Shown here one piece after another: positions 32,171 through 42,524 of a stretch of DNA of 64,000 bases. The position numbers and the translations under genes were made by a program. The first letter of the stretch is position 1. Each line of letters begins with the position of its first letter. A model generated the notes under the pieces. It saw only the letters and a list, made by a program, of their open reading frames with translations. It had not been told where the DNA came from and did no database searches. Source of the stretch: Euryhalocaulis sp. (GTDB taxonomy: Bacteria; Pseudomonadota; Alphaproteobacteria; Caulobacterales; Maricaulaceae); NCBI GenBank assembly GCA_050486445.1, contig JBJHDH010000011.1, positions 2,870-66,869 on the forward strand. The letters run 5' to 3'.

Positions 32171-33085
32171 CTATGCGCTCCGGCGCGCGCGCTTGTTCGC
32201 CGGGGCCTTCGCGGAAGTCCTGGCGGACTTCTTCGCCGCGGCTTTGGCAGGTTTCTTCGCCGGCTTCTTCGCAATGGACTTCGCGGGCTTTTTCGCCGCG
32301 CCGCCCTTGTTGCGCTCGACGCTGCGTTTGAGCGCTTCCATCAGGTCGATGACATTGCGGGTTTCCGGCGCCTCATCTTCGCCGATTTCCTCGACCGCAC
32401 GGCCTTTGCGCTTGGCCTCGATCAACTCTTCCAGCGCCTCGGCGTAACGGTCGCGGAACGCCTCCGGCTCAAACGGCCCTGTCTTGCGCCGGATCAGTTC
32501 GGCCGCGAGGTCCAGCGCATCCTCGTCCGGCTCCACCTCAAGATCGTCGAAATAGGATTCGGCGTCGCGCACCTCACGTGCAAAACGCAGCGTCTCCAGC
32601 AGCAACCCGGCGCCGCAGGGGCGGATCGCCGCGATCCGGTCACGGCCCCGCATCGCCACCTGACCAATGCCCGCCATCTTCGCCTGACGCAGCGCGTCGC
32701 GGATAACGACATAGGCCTCCTCCGCCGCCTCGCCATCCGGCGCCAGATAATACGGGCTTTCGAAATAGAGCGGACTGATCGCCCCGTGCTCGACGAACTG
32801 GACCAGCTCGATGGTCTTTTTCGACTCGACCTTCAGCTCGCTCAGCTCTTCATCGGAGAACAGCACATAGCGGTTCTTCTCGATCTCATAGCCTTTGACG
32901 ATCTCGTCCGTATCCACGGGGCCGACGCCCGGCGCGACTTTCTGATAGCGGATGCGCTTGCCGGAAGGTTCGTGAATCTGGTGCAGCGGCAGCGACGCCG
33001 AGGACGAAACGGCGTTGTACAGCCGTACCGGAACCGACACGAGCGAAAGCCGCAAATTCCCTTGCCATGTGGGTCTGGGGGCCAT
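32171..33085 (-). CDS. ku: Ku protein (NHEJ) with Lys-rich C-terminal tail
   Basis: 304 aa, WQGNLRLSLVSVPVRLYNA... The tail is KKPAKSIAKKPAKKPAKAAAKKSARTSAKAPANKRARRSA. Confidence 0.92.
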   Translation of the reverse strand: MAPRPTWQGNLRLSLVSVPVRLYNAVSSSASLPLHQIHEPSGKRIRYQKVAPGVGPVDTDEIVKGYEIEKNRYVLFSDEELSELKVESKKTIELVQFVEHGAISPLYFESPYYLAPDGEAAEEAYVVIRDALRQAKMAGIGQVAMRGRDRIAAIRPCGAGLLLETLRFAREVRDAESYFDDLEVEPDEDALDLAAELIRRKTGPFEPEAFRDRYAEALEELIEAKRKGRAVEEIGEDEAPETRNVIDLMEALKRSVERNKGGAAKKPAKSIAKKPAKKPAKAAAKKSARTSAKAPANKRARRSA

Positions 33086-33139
33086 GATCCACGCGCTGCT
33101 CTAACCCGGGCAAGAACGTTTCGCGCGCGCGCGGGGTTC

Positions 33140-33187
33140 CTCCAGCCAAAGAAGCAAGCGGCCGGAACAGTTTCCCGTTCCGGCCGC
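33140..33187 (-). terminator. intrinsic-terminator-like hairpin between the fnr-like gene and ku
   Basis: GCGGCCGGAAC-N8-GTTCCGGCCGC (11-bp stem) followed on the minus strand by TTGCTTCTTTGG. About 170 nt downstream of the 33357 stop. Confidence 0.45.
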
Positions 33188-33356
33188 CGTTGAACGCAGC
33201 AACGTCAGGTCTAGTTTTGGGCGGCCAAGACCCGGCGCCACAGCGCCCAAGGGATCAGGCGCCGCCCGCGCCCAACCTGTGGATTCTCCACCATCATAAA
33301 GTTTTCTGGAGGGATTTGAACGGCCGGATGCGGTTTTCCGCATCGAATCGCGGGAA

Positions 33357-34505
<1,149 letters not shown>

Positions 34506-34543
34506 CTATAGAGACGCCGGAGCGGCGAGGCCAGCGTTCCCGC

Positions 34544-34915
34544 TCAGCGGCCGCGCAGCCCGCCGATCTCCGCGGCATGGTCGCGGGCCGCGACCGCGTC
34601 CAGCACCGCCTTCACCGCCGCGCGCACATCCTGCGCCGCCACGGCGCGCGCCGCGGCCGAGCCTTCGGCCGCCGCCTCCGCCGCTTCGCAGCATTCGGCC
34701 AGCGCGAACGCGCCAATGCCCCGTGCCGAGCCTTTCAGCGTATGCGCGGCGGCGCGCCAATCCTCAATCGCGGCCTCCACGGCCAGCAGACGCAGCCACA
34801 TTTCGGTCTGTTCGCGGAACAGCTCGAAAATCTCCGCCTCCAGCGCGCGGTCGCCGCCCGTATAGGCGGCCAGATGCGCAAAATCGACAGGTGAATCCGG
34901 AGGCGGCGATGTCAT
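34544..34915 (-). CDS. stand-alone Hpt (histidine phosphotransfer) domain protein
   Basis: 123 aa from MTSPPP with AAHTLKGSARGIGA phospho-His motif. Confidence 0.65.
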   Translation of the reverse strand: MTSPPPDSPVDFAHLAAYTGGDRALEAEIFELFREQTEMWLRLLAVEAAIEDWRAAAHTLKGSARGIGAFALAECCEAAEAAAEGSAAARAVAAQDVRAAVKAVLDAVAARDHAAEIGGLRGR

Positions 34916-35064
34916 GGCGACACTCTGGCGCTGTGCGGGTTTTCGGCGCGTTAACAGCGACTTGCAGCGCAACTGCGCGCTGAACCTGCAATTCATCGGC
35001 GCTTCATGGGGTTTCTGGGAGTTTAACACGCAGAGGGATGCAGACCGACTCGAATGAGGCGAAC

Positions 35065-35493
35065 ATGCATTGGAAACCTAAACTGATCGCAGCGGCCGGA
35101 GCGGCAGGCGTCTTTCTGGCGCTTGGCGCGGCGGCCCCCGCGAACGCCCAGATTCACTTCGAACTGAACCTGGGAACCTATGGCGGACCGTTCCGAGCCC
35201 CGGCGCAATGCTATTGGCAGCGCATGAGCCGCGGCCCCGTCGATGTGGTGGAGCAGGTCTGCCGCGACCGCTTCGGCCGCGCCTATGTCGTGCCCGGCAC
35301 GCGCTATACGCTGGTCGATTATAACCGGCGGCAATGGCGGCGCTGGAGCGATTACGACTATCGCGACTGGAACGACTGGAACCGCCGCAATCCACGCTGG
35401 AACTGGAACAGCTACCGCTGGCATGACCGGAACCGCTGGGATAACCGGCGGGACAACAGGCGGGATAACCGGCGCGACAATCGCCGGCGCTGA
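35065..35493 (+). CDS. secreted low-complexity Arg/Trp/Asn/Asp-rich protein
   Basis: Signal peptide MHWKPKLIAAAGAAGVFLALGAAAPANA. The C-terminus is ...WNDWNRRNPRWNWNSYRWHDRNRWDNRRDNRRDNRRDNRRR. Confidence 0.5.
   Translation: MHWKPKLIAAAGAAGVFLALGAAAPANAQIHFELNLGTYGGPFRAPAQCYWQRMSRGPVDVVEQVCRDRFGRAYVVPGTRYTLVDYNRRQWRRWSDYDYRDWNDWNRRNPRWNWNSYRWHDRNRWDNRRDNRRDNRRDNRRR
35440..35487 (+). repeat. 4 x 12-nt tandem repeat encoding (DNRR)4 at the CDS 3' end
   Basis: The four units read gataaccggcgg, gacaacaggcgg, gataaccggcgc and gacaatcgccgg. Confidence 0.8.
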
Positions 35494-35604
35494 TAAAACA
35501 GGCGTGAAACGCAAGGCGATGAACAGCCAGTGTCATGCGCTGTTCATCGCTGCTTCACAAGGCCCGGCCGATGCTATGAAGGATAAAGGAGGACAGACCC
35601 AGGA

Positions 35605-36345
35605 ATGATGCGCTCCAGGTTCAGCCGCTTCGCCAGCGCCGCCATCGGCGCCGGGCTGGCGCTCGCCCTGCTTGTTACATCCGTCACACCCGCCGAGGCG
35701 CAGTCGCGCACCAGCACAAGTTTCAGTTTCGGTCTGAGCGTCGGCGACCCTTACTATCGCTATCGCTCCGCCTGGAACGATCCGTGGATGCGCGATCCGT
35801 GGTTTTATGGCGCGCCCCGGCGCGGCGTCCGGTCATCCTGGTCCTGCCTGAACGATCCGTTCTGTTACCGCCCCGCGCGCAGTGTCTGGCGCGGACCCGT
35901 CTATGCCCCGCCGCCGGTCTATATGGCGCCGCCACCGGTGGTGATTTACGACTCGCGCGATATGTACGATCCGATGCCGCGCTGGCGCGCCGTCGCTCCG
36001 CAGACCAGCACGTATCAACAGCCATACCAGCAACAACCCTGGCAGCAGCCGGCGCAGCAGCAGCCAATCTATCAGCAGCCCTATTATGCCGGCGCCGCGC
36101 GTCCGTTCGGCGAGCCGCCCGCGACAATGGGCGACGGCGTGCGCTTCGATCTTGTGCAGCAGGGTTACACCGCCTCGGATCTCGGCACGGGCTACAACCC
36201 CGCCTACGATCCCTACGGCGCGGCGCCCGGCGTGCGGTTCGATCAGTCCGGCGGCTATAACGGCTATAATCCCGGCGCAGCAGATTCCTATATCCGCGAT
36301 CCCTGGGCCAGCCCGAATGATACGCTGCTCGGCGGCCCGCGCTAA
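35605..36345 (+). CDS. secreted Pro/Gln/Tyr-rich low-complexity protein
   Basis: Signal peptide MMRSRFSRFASAAIGAGLALALLVTSVTPAEA. Contains YQQPYQQQPWQQPAQQQPIYQQPYY. AAGGAGGA lies upstream. Confidence 0.5.
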   Translation: MMRSRFSRFASAAIGAGLALALLVTSVTPAEAQSRTSTSFSFGLSVGDPYYRYRSAWNDPWMRDPWFYGAPRRGVRSSWSCLNDPFCYRPARSVWRGPVYAPPPVYMAPPPVVIYDSRDMYDPMPRWRAVAPQTSTYQQPYQQQPWQQPAQQQPIYQQPYYAGAARPFGEPPATMGDGVRFDLVQQGYTASDLGTGYNPAYDPYGAAPGVRFDQSGGYNGYNPGAADSYIRDPWASPNDTLLGGPR

Positions 36346-36518
36346 CCGCCAGCGGCCTCCCCTCTACTCTATCTCCGCCGTTTGCCGGACACGGCTGGCC
36401 GCTATAGGCTTTCGCCCGAACCTGCTTTCGCCGTCCTGTCACAATCGCGGCGCAAGCATAGGGAGGACCAAACCGGACCCGCAAAAGACGGCGCTGGTGC
36501 AGGGGAGACGGGGATACG

Positions 36519-38213
36519 ATGAATATGGGTTTTCTGGCGCTGCTCGCCGTGGCGCCGATTGCGCTGGCCGCCGTGCTGCTGGTCGGGTTCCGCGTGCCGG
36601 CGCGCATCACCATGCCGCTGGCCTTCCTGGCCGCCGTCGCCATCGCGCTGCTGGTCTGGGGCATGACGCCGCAACAAGTGGCCGCGGCCAGCATTCAGGG
36701 CCTGGTTGTCACCTTCGATCTCGTCTTCATCATCTTCGGCGCCATCCTGCTGCTGAAGACGCTGGAAAAATCGACGGCGATCCATGTGATCGAAAAGGGG
36801 TTTTCCACGATCACGCCAGACCGGCGCATCCAGGTGGTCATCATTGTCTGGGCGTTCGGCTGTTTCATCGAGGGCGCCTCCGGCTTCGGCACCCCGGCGG
36901 CGGTGATCGCGCCGCTGCTGCTGGCGATGCGTTTCCCCACCATGGCGGCGGTGATGCTGGGCATGATGGTGCAGAGCACGCCGGTGACCTTCGGCGCGGC
37001 GGGCACGCCCATTCTGGTCGGCGTCGCGCAAGGTCTGGACAGTCCCGAAATGCTGGCGCGCGCCGCCGCGGCGGGCATGGAGTATGATTCCTATGTCCGC
37101 CTGATCGCGGTCTTCTCCGCCGGGCTGCACGCCATTATCGGCGTCGTGATGCCGGCTTTTATGATCCTGATGATGACGCGCTTCTTCGGCGCGAAGAAAT
37201 CCTGGTCGGAGGGCTTCTCGGCCATTCCCTTCGCGATCTTTGGCGGGCTCGCCTTTGTCATCCCCTATTTCCTGACGGCCCTGCTGCTGGGCCCGGCCTT
37301 CCCCTCGCTGCTCGGCGGGCTGATCGGGCTGGTCATCATCACCGTCGCGGCGCGGATGAAGTTCCTGACCCCCAAAGACACCTGGGACTTCCCCGAAGAG
37401 TCGAGCTGGCCCGCCGACTGGTTCGGCAAGATCAGGGTGGAAAGCGGCGGCGCGGGCAAGCCGGGCATGAACCTGATCCTGGCCTGGATTCCCTATGTGC
37501 TGGTGGCGGTGTTCCTCATCATCACGCGCCTGCCGGCCTTCGGCGTCGGCGACGCGCTGCGCAGCGCCGCGGTGACCATCAGCCTGCCCAATATTCTCGG
37601 CGCCGGAATTTCAGCCTCCACCACGCCGCTCTATCTGCCGGGCGCCATCTTCATCCTTGTGGTGCTGATCACCGCCGTGCTGCACAGGATGCGCGCCAGC
37701 GAGCTGGGCGCGGCGTTCCGCTCGGCGTTCGGCGTGCTGCTGGGCGCGGGCTTTGTGCTGATCTTCACCGTGCCGATGGTGCGGATCTACATCAATTCCG
37801 GCGTCAACACCTCGGGGCTGGAGAGCATGCCCATCGTCATGGCCGACTGGGTGGCCACCAATGTCGGCGGCGTGTGGCCGGCCGTGGCCGGCGCGGTGGG
37901 CGGCTTTGGGGCCTTCATCGCCGGGTCGAACACCGTCTCGAACCTGATGTTCGCGGCCTTCCAGCATGGCGTGGCCGACGCGCTGATGATTTCCGGCGTG
38001 CTGATAGTCGCGCTGCAATCTGTCGGCGCGGCGGCCGGCAATATGGTGGCGATCCACAATGTGGTCGCCGCCTCGGCGACCGTCGGCTATCTCGGCAAAG
38101 AGGGCGTGATCCTGCGCAAGACGATCATCCCGACTATCTATTATCTGACCGCGCTCGGGATTCTCGGCCTCATCGCGCAGCACTTCATCCGCATCCCCAA
38201 CCCGCTGGGGTGA
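36519..38213 (+). CDS. lctP: L-lactate permease (LctP family)
   Basis: 564 aa polytopic membrane protein. N-terminus and spacing resemble LldP/GlcA family transporters. Confidence 0.8.
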   Translation: MNMGFLALLAVAPIALAAVLLVGFRVPARITMPLAFLAAVAIALLVWGMTPQQVAAASIQGLVVTFDLVFIIFGAILLLKTLEKSTAIHVIEKGFSTITPDRRIQVVIIVWAFGCFIEGASGFGTPAAVIAPLLLAMRFPTMAAVMLGMMVQSTPVTFGAAGTPILVGVAQGLDSPEMLARAAAAGMEYDSYVRLIAVFSAGLHAIIGVVMPAFMILMMTRFFGAKKSWSEGFSAIPFAIFGGLAFVIPYFLTALLLGPAFPSLLGGLIGLVIITVAARMKFLTPKDTWDFPEESSWPADWFGKIRVESGGAGKPGMNLILAWIPYVLVAVFLIITRLPAFGVGDALRSAAVTISLPNILGAGISASTTPLYLPGAIFILVVLITAVLHRMRASELGAAFRSAFGVLLGAGFVLIFTVPMVRIYINSGVNTSGLESMPIVMADWVATNVGGVWPAVAGAVGGFGAFIAGSNTVSNLMFAAFQHGVADALMISGVLIVALQSVGAAAGNMVAIHNVVAASATVGYLGKEGVILRKTIIPTIYYLTALGILGLIAQHFIRIPNPLG

Positions 38214-38258
38214 GGCTGGAGGCCGTGTGAGAAGCAGGGGCTTCGTGCGCCGGAAAAA

Positions 38259-38280
38259 TTGGTGCGCCCAGAAGGATTCA
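38259..38280. repeat. degenerate direct copy of the tRNA-Lys 3' end (att-like)
   Basis: TTGGTGCGCCCAgaAGGAtTCa versus the tRNA end TTGGTGCGCCCAccAGGAcTCg at 39241..39262. 18/22 identical with a 12-nt perfect core. Confidence 0.55.
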
Positions 38281-38282
38281 GA

Positions 38283-38756
38283 TTACTTCGCGATACGCCA
38301 TCCACGTTGGAACATACAGGCTTCTACAAAATCATTTCGAAGCGCCAACGCGTCTGCATACTCTCGCCGCTGCATATCCTGATCGCGACGTTCCTGAGCA
38401 CGTTCCTGACCAGCCAAAAAACCGTCCATCAGAGCGTTGCCGGACCTCACAGGGCGCTCACTAAGTGTGGCGCTGTATGAACCTGTATACATTTCATCAG
38501 AACTCATACCGGCGGAACGCCCCTCGATCTGATACTCGGTGGGTGAGGATGAAGAACGAGGGGCCGGTGGAGTTGGAAGCTGCACCGCTTCATACGCGCT
38601 GACCCTGCATTCGGCTTGGTCGATCCGAAGTTGAACTGCGACTGTATCTGGATCGTAATCAGCGTGAGTCCATACCTGTTGTTCTTGCGCAGACGCGCAA
38701 GAAATCAGCAGGGGGAAGAGCGTCAACGGAAACCGTGACATAATGGCCTTCTTCAT
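38283..38756 (-). CDS. hypothetical lipoprotein (islet cargo)
   Basis: 157 aa, MKKAIMSRFPLTLFPLLISCAS (lipobox). Visibly AT-richer than the flanks. No family recognised. Confidence 0.5.
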   Translation of the reverse strand: MKKAIMSRFPLTLFPLLISCASAQEQQVWTHADYDPDTVAVQLRIDQAECRVSAYEAVQLPTPPAPRSSSSPTEYQIEGRSAGMSSDEMYTGSYSATLSERPVRSGNALMDGFLAGQERAQERRDQDMQRREYADALALRNDFVEACMFQRGWRIAK

Positions 38757-38826
38757 TATGATATATCAATCGTATAGTGACCAAATATACATTACAAATT
38801 CGTTGTGCTTGTGCAATGAGGAACCC

Positions 38827-39171
38827 ATGAAACGAGTATTGGCCATGCTGATTTGGTTGGCTCCGGTGGCTGCACATGCAGAGAGTGAACGATGGGAATG
38901 CCAGCCATCCGGGATTGGGTTCAACAATGCGCGAGAACCTGCCATTGTGCTAACTATCAATAACGATGGCGAAACCGGCACGATCATGGTTGCCGGAACA
39001 GTCCATCAGGCAAGCTATATCGTACAGGGTTTTAATCGACGGTGGGATTTTGGGCTTGGGTCGAGCCAGAGTGATGGCTTCGACTATGCCTTCCTTATCC
39101 ACCCAGATGGCCGTGGCCTCTATTACGAGTTCCGGCATAATCCACCAGGAGAAACCGTCGAGCCGAGATAA
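38827..39171 (+). CDS. hypothetical small secreted protein (islet cargo)
   Basis: 114 aa with signal peptide MKRVLAMLIWLAPVAAHA|ESERWEC. Divergent from 38283..38756 across a 70-bp AT-rich spacer. Confidence 0.5.
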   Translation: MKRVLAMLIWLAPVAAHAESERWECQPSGIGFNNAREPAIVLTINNDGETGTIMVAGTVHQASYIVQGFNRRWDFGLGSSQSDGFDYAFLIHPDGRGLYYEFRHNPPGETVEPR

Positions 39172-39241
39172 CGGTTCTTCTGCCGAGATGTTCCTGCAGA
39201 ATAGGGCTCAGCGAACAAAGCGTCGAAACGCCAAAAGTATT

Positions 39242-39317
<76 letters not shown>

Positions 39318-39399
39318 TCCGAAATCGGAAATAGGCCAGCGCGCACGGGCGTGCAACCTCCGCGCCCCAAATCCGGCGCCCGAACGGCGAGAGCGCGTT

Positions 39400-39426
39400 G
39401 CGGAAAAGTGGAGGCCGGTTTTCCGT
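39400..39426. repeat. hairpin element cggaaaa-N11-ttttccg, related to 6079..6105 in inverted orientation
   Basis: GCGGAAAAGTGGAGGCCGGTTTTCCGT versus the reverse complement of 6079..6105, GCGAAAAAGTGGGAACCGGTTTTTCGC. Confidence 0.5.
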
Positions 39427-39438
39427 GTAAAACGCGCG

Positions 39439-39487
39439 AAAAACAAAAAATAAAGCCTGTTACGTTGAACGTGTTTAACGCAACAGG
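39439..39487 (-). terminator. orphan intrinsic terminator (minus strand) upstream of tRNA-Lys
   Basis: 32-nt near-palindrome at 39456..39487, followed on the minus strand by CTTTATTTTTTGTTTTTC. No annotated minus-strand gene lies upstream. Confidence 0.5.
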
Positions 39488-39601
39488 CTCCAGGCGCCGA
39501 AAGACAAGCGCGGCCCGCCAAACCGTGCTATTGTAACTTTTATTGCAATATTTGCGCGACAGTCGGCCCTTACGCCCGCCAAACGCGGACGGAGGCGTAT
39601 C

Positions 39602-39877
39602 ATGGCCATGAATCTCAGCCGAATCGTATTCGCCGTCATCGAAGATGGCGCGGGGTGGGCCGTGGAAAGCGGCGGCTCCATTCTCGACCGCCGCGCGAAC
39701 AAGGAAGAAGCCAAGGCCGCCGCGCACAAGCGCGCCCGCTCGTCGCAGGATTCCGGGCGGGCATGCATGGTGCGCGTGAACGGCGAACATGGTTTCGTGA
39801 CACGAACCGACCGCGACATGGCCCGCGCCGGACCGCGCGCCGGTGATTCCTGTCCGGGTCTGCCGTCCAGAACATGA
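39602..39877 (+). CDS. DUF2188-like small protein
   Basis: 91 aa. The pattern DGAGWAVESGG...ANKEEAKAAAHKRAR...VRVNGEHG resembles DUF2188 (recalled pattern). Confidence 0.4.
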   Translation: MAMNLSRIVFAVIEDGAGWAVESGGSILDRRANKEEAKAAAHKRARSSQDSGRACMVRVNGEHGFVTRTDRDMARAGPRAGDSCPGLPSRT

Positions 39878-39914
39878 CGGAACGCCCGCGAAACGCCCAA
39901 CCGGAAGCGCGCCG

Positions 39915-40757
39915 GTGCTGATCCGCTACGGTTACGACATCACGCTGACATGTCTCGAACCCACGCCGATGATCTGTCTGCTGTCAACGCAGCCGGAACG
40001 GACCGGCGACATTCGCGTGGAAGAAACACTGGTGACAACGCCCAAAATTCCGGTGCGCGCCTATTTCGATTCCTATGGCAATGTCTGCCGCCGCTTCGTA
40101 GCGCCACAAGGAGACCTGTCGCTCTGGAGCGACGCCACGATCACTGACACGGGAACCCCCGACCCGGCCGATCCGGACGCCATGGAACACGCCGTCGCCG
40201 GCCTGCCGGACGAGTGCCTGCTCTACCTTCTGGGCAGCCGCTATTGCGACACCGAGACGCTGAGCCAGACGGCCTGGGACATGTTCGGCAATCTTCAGCC
40301 CGGCTGGAGCCGGGTTCAGGCGATCTGTGACTTTGTCCACGGACACATCAGCTTCGACTATGAACGCGCAAGCCCGGCGCGCACCGCCTCTGACGCATTA
40401 CGGGAGGGCGTTGGCGTCTGCCGCGACTATGCCCATCTGGCCATCGCACTGTGCCGCTGCATGAATATCCCGGCGCGCTATGTGAACGGCTATCTGGGCG
40501 ATATCGGCGTGCCAATCGTCGAGCCTATGGATTTCAGCGCCTGGATCGAAGTTTATCTCGGCGGACAGTGGCGCACGTTCGACCCGCGCAACAATGCCAG
40601 ACGCATCGGGCGCATCATGGTCGCGCGCGGACGTGACGCGGTCGATGTCCCGCTTATCCATTCGTTCAAGCCGCACACGCTGAAATCCTTCCGCGTCTGG
40701 GCATATGATGTAACAAACGCGCCTCCCACACCCGCCGGCGAACCCGGCGCGGCATAG
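39915..40757 (+). CDS. transglutaminase-like cysteine peptidase family protein
   Basis: GVCRDYAHLAIALCRCMNIPARYVNGY catalytic Cys region. Start set at GTG 39915 (VLIRYGYDITL), which is typical of the family N-terminus. The track ORF starts at 39843. Confidence 0.75.
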   Translation: MLIRYGYDITLTCLEPTPMICLLSTQPERTGDIRVEETLVTTPKIPVRAYFDSYGNVCRRFVAPQGDLSLWSDATITDTGTPDPADPDAMEHAVAGLPDECLLYLLGSRYCDTETLSQTAWDMFGNLQPGWSRVQAICDFVHGHISFDYERASPARTASDALREGVGVCRDYAHLAIALCRCMNIPARYVNGYLGDIGVPIVEPMDFSAWIEVYLGGQWRTFDPRNNARRIGRIMVARGRDAVDVPLIHSFKPHTLKSFRVWAYDVTNAPPTPAGEPGAA

Positions 40758-40846
40758 GCGTGCGGCGCGCACTGAAAAGCCCGCCGCGCAGCCGCTCATC
40801 TTTGCTATTCTGAACGCGCCAAGCCGAAGCGCGTCAGGACACCGCC

Positions 40847-41533
40847 ATGAGTCAGAATGTCCCAGCCGCCATAAAATCCCGGACGCAGCCATTCGTCTGC
40901 GCGCTGGCCGGGCTGCTATCCGCGCTGACCGTAACGGCCTGCGCCACCCCGCCGCCGCCCGCGCCCGGCCCTACGGCGGAAGACTGCGTCACGCTGCGGC
41001 TTTCCTCAAATGGATTTCACACCAATATCGCCATGCCGGCGGCGCTGTTTCCGCCGGACAATCCGATCCGCCAGCACTTTCCGGACGATGACTGGTTCCT
41101 GATCGGCTGGGGCGACAGCGACTATTATATCGACCCCGACCCCGGAATCGGACAGGCCATTGTCGCCGCTCTGTGGCCCACCTCTTCCACGCTGCACGTC
41201 ATTGCACACCATGCGCCCGTCGAAGACACGATCTGGCGCGGAGAGAATGTGGAATTCGGCGTATCGCGGGCCGGAGCCGACCGGCTGGTGCAGGACATCA
41301 CCGCGACGCTGAGCCTGGATGCGCGCGGCGAGCCGGTCATCCTGGCCGAAGGCCGGGTGGCGGAATCCAGCCTCTTCTTCGCCGCCGAGCCTTCCTTCCA
41401 TCTTTTTTATATGTGCAATCACTGGAGCGCGGCGCGCCTGCGCGACGCGGGCCTGCCGGTGCAGGCCTGGTGGTCGTTCACCGCCCCGGGCCTGATGAAC
41501 GCGGTGCGGAACAAGGCGCCGGTCTGCGAGTGA
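40847..41533 (+). CDS. DUF2459 (TIGR02117-like) family protein, exported/lipoprotein
   Basis: LLSALTVTACA lipobox-like sequence. Motifs NGFHTNIAMP, GWGDSDYY and MCNHWSAARLRDAGL. Confidence 0.55.
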   Translation: MSQNVPAAIKSRTQPFVCALAGLLSALTVTACATPPPPAPGPTAEDCVTLRLSSNGFHTNIAMPAALFPPDNPIRQHFPDDDWFLIGWGDSDYYIDPDPGIGQAIVAALWPTSSTLHVIAHHAPVEDTIWRGENVEFGVSRAGADRLVQDITATLSLDARGEPVILAEGRVAESSLFFAAEPSFHLFYMCNHWSAARLRDAGLPVQAWWSFTAPGLMNAVRNKAPVCE

Positions 41534-41546
41534 CGGCGCAGCGCCT

Positions 41547-42425
41547 TCAGACCCGGCGAAACACGCCGATCATGCTGCGCCCGGCGCCCAGCGCCAAAAG
41601 CGCCGCGCTATATTCGATATAGGCGGCGATGTCCTGCGACAGCACGACCGTCATGCGCTTGCGGATCGCATTGGCGATCGGGCCGAAATCTCCGGCATAA
41701 TAATCCGTCGCCTCGTGGAGCAGGAACTGGTCGATGGGAAACTCGGCCAGCATCCGCACCGTCTCGAAACCGCGCGAGCACACCGCCGCCTCCAGCGATT
41801 GCGGACTGAAATACCGCAGATGTTCGGGCGGCGTGACCCATGGCGCGTCACCGTCGGCGATGCCGGTCCGGTTCAGCCAGGCGCGCTGCGCAATGTTGAA
41901 TTCGTTTGGCGTCTCCACGAACAGCAGACCGCCGGCCGTCAGTCTTTCATGGATGCGTTCCAGAAACCGGTACAGGTCGATCACATGTTCCAGAACATGG
42001 TTCGCCGTCACCACATCGAACCTCTCTCCGGCAAACACCTCGTCATTGACGAAATCACCCTGAAAGAAGCTTATGGCGGCCAGCGTCTCCGGATTTTGCG
42101 CCGCGAATCCCGCGCGGGAGAAATCCGCCGCGAAACATTCATGCCCGCGCGCGTGGAACCAGGCGGTGGTGAAGCCCTCACCGCAACCCGTGTCCAGAAT
42201 GCGGCGCGGTCCCGGCGTTTCCGCCAGATAATGCTCCAGAATGCGGTGCTTGACGTCAAAATAGGCGCGGTCGTCCGGCCCGTATGTCCCTGGAAATTGC
42301 AGCGTGGAGCCGTCGAAATATTTTTCGGCGTAAAAGCGGCGCAGCGTCTCCGCTTCTGGCAACGGATCGACTGTCAGCACGCCGTTCCCGTCCGCGACCA
42401 GCTTTGCTTTCGCCATCACCGCCAC
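41547..42425 (-). CDS. class I SAM-dependent methyltransferase
   Basis: 292 aa with ILDTGCGEGF motif I and VTANHVLEHV. Confidence 0.75.
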   Translation of the reverse strand: MAVMAKAKLVADGNGVLTVDPLPEAETLRRFYAEKYFDGSTLQFPGTYGPDDRAYFDVKHRILEHYLAETPGPRRILDTGCGEGFTTAWFHARGHECFAADFSRAGFAAQNPETLAAISFFQGDFVNDEVFAGERFDVVTANHVLEHVIDLYRFLERIHERLTAGGLLFVETPNEFNIAQRAWLNRTGIADGDAPWVTPPEHLRYFSPQSLEAAVCSRGFETVRMLAEFPIDQFLLHEATDYYAGDFGPIANAIRKRMTVVLSQDIAAYIEYSAALLALGAGRSMIGVFRRV

Positions 42426-42524
42426 CCCCGGCCCGCGAATCGCGGTCTGTCGTGTGGATTATACCGTCCCGCTAGCGATGGCGGCGGCTTGCCGCCCTGG
42501 CCGGGGGCAAGGTAGAGGGTCGGC

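Noticed and set aside
29639-33085. The ligD-ku pair as a possible novel system
   Set aside because: This is the well-known bacterial NHEJ two-gene module, with the PE-Lig-Pol LigD domain order seen in many proteobacteria. Only the Lys-rich Ku tail is mildly notable, and it has precedents.
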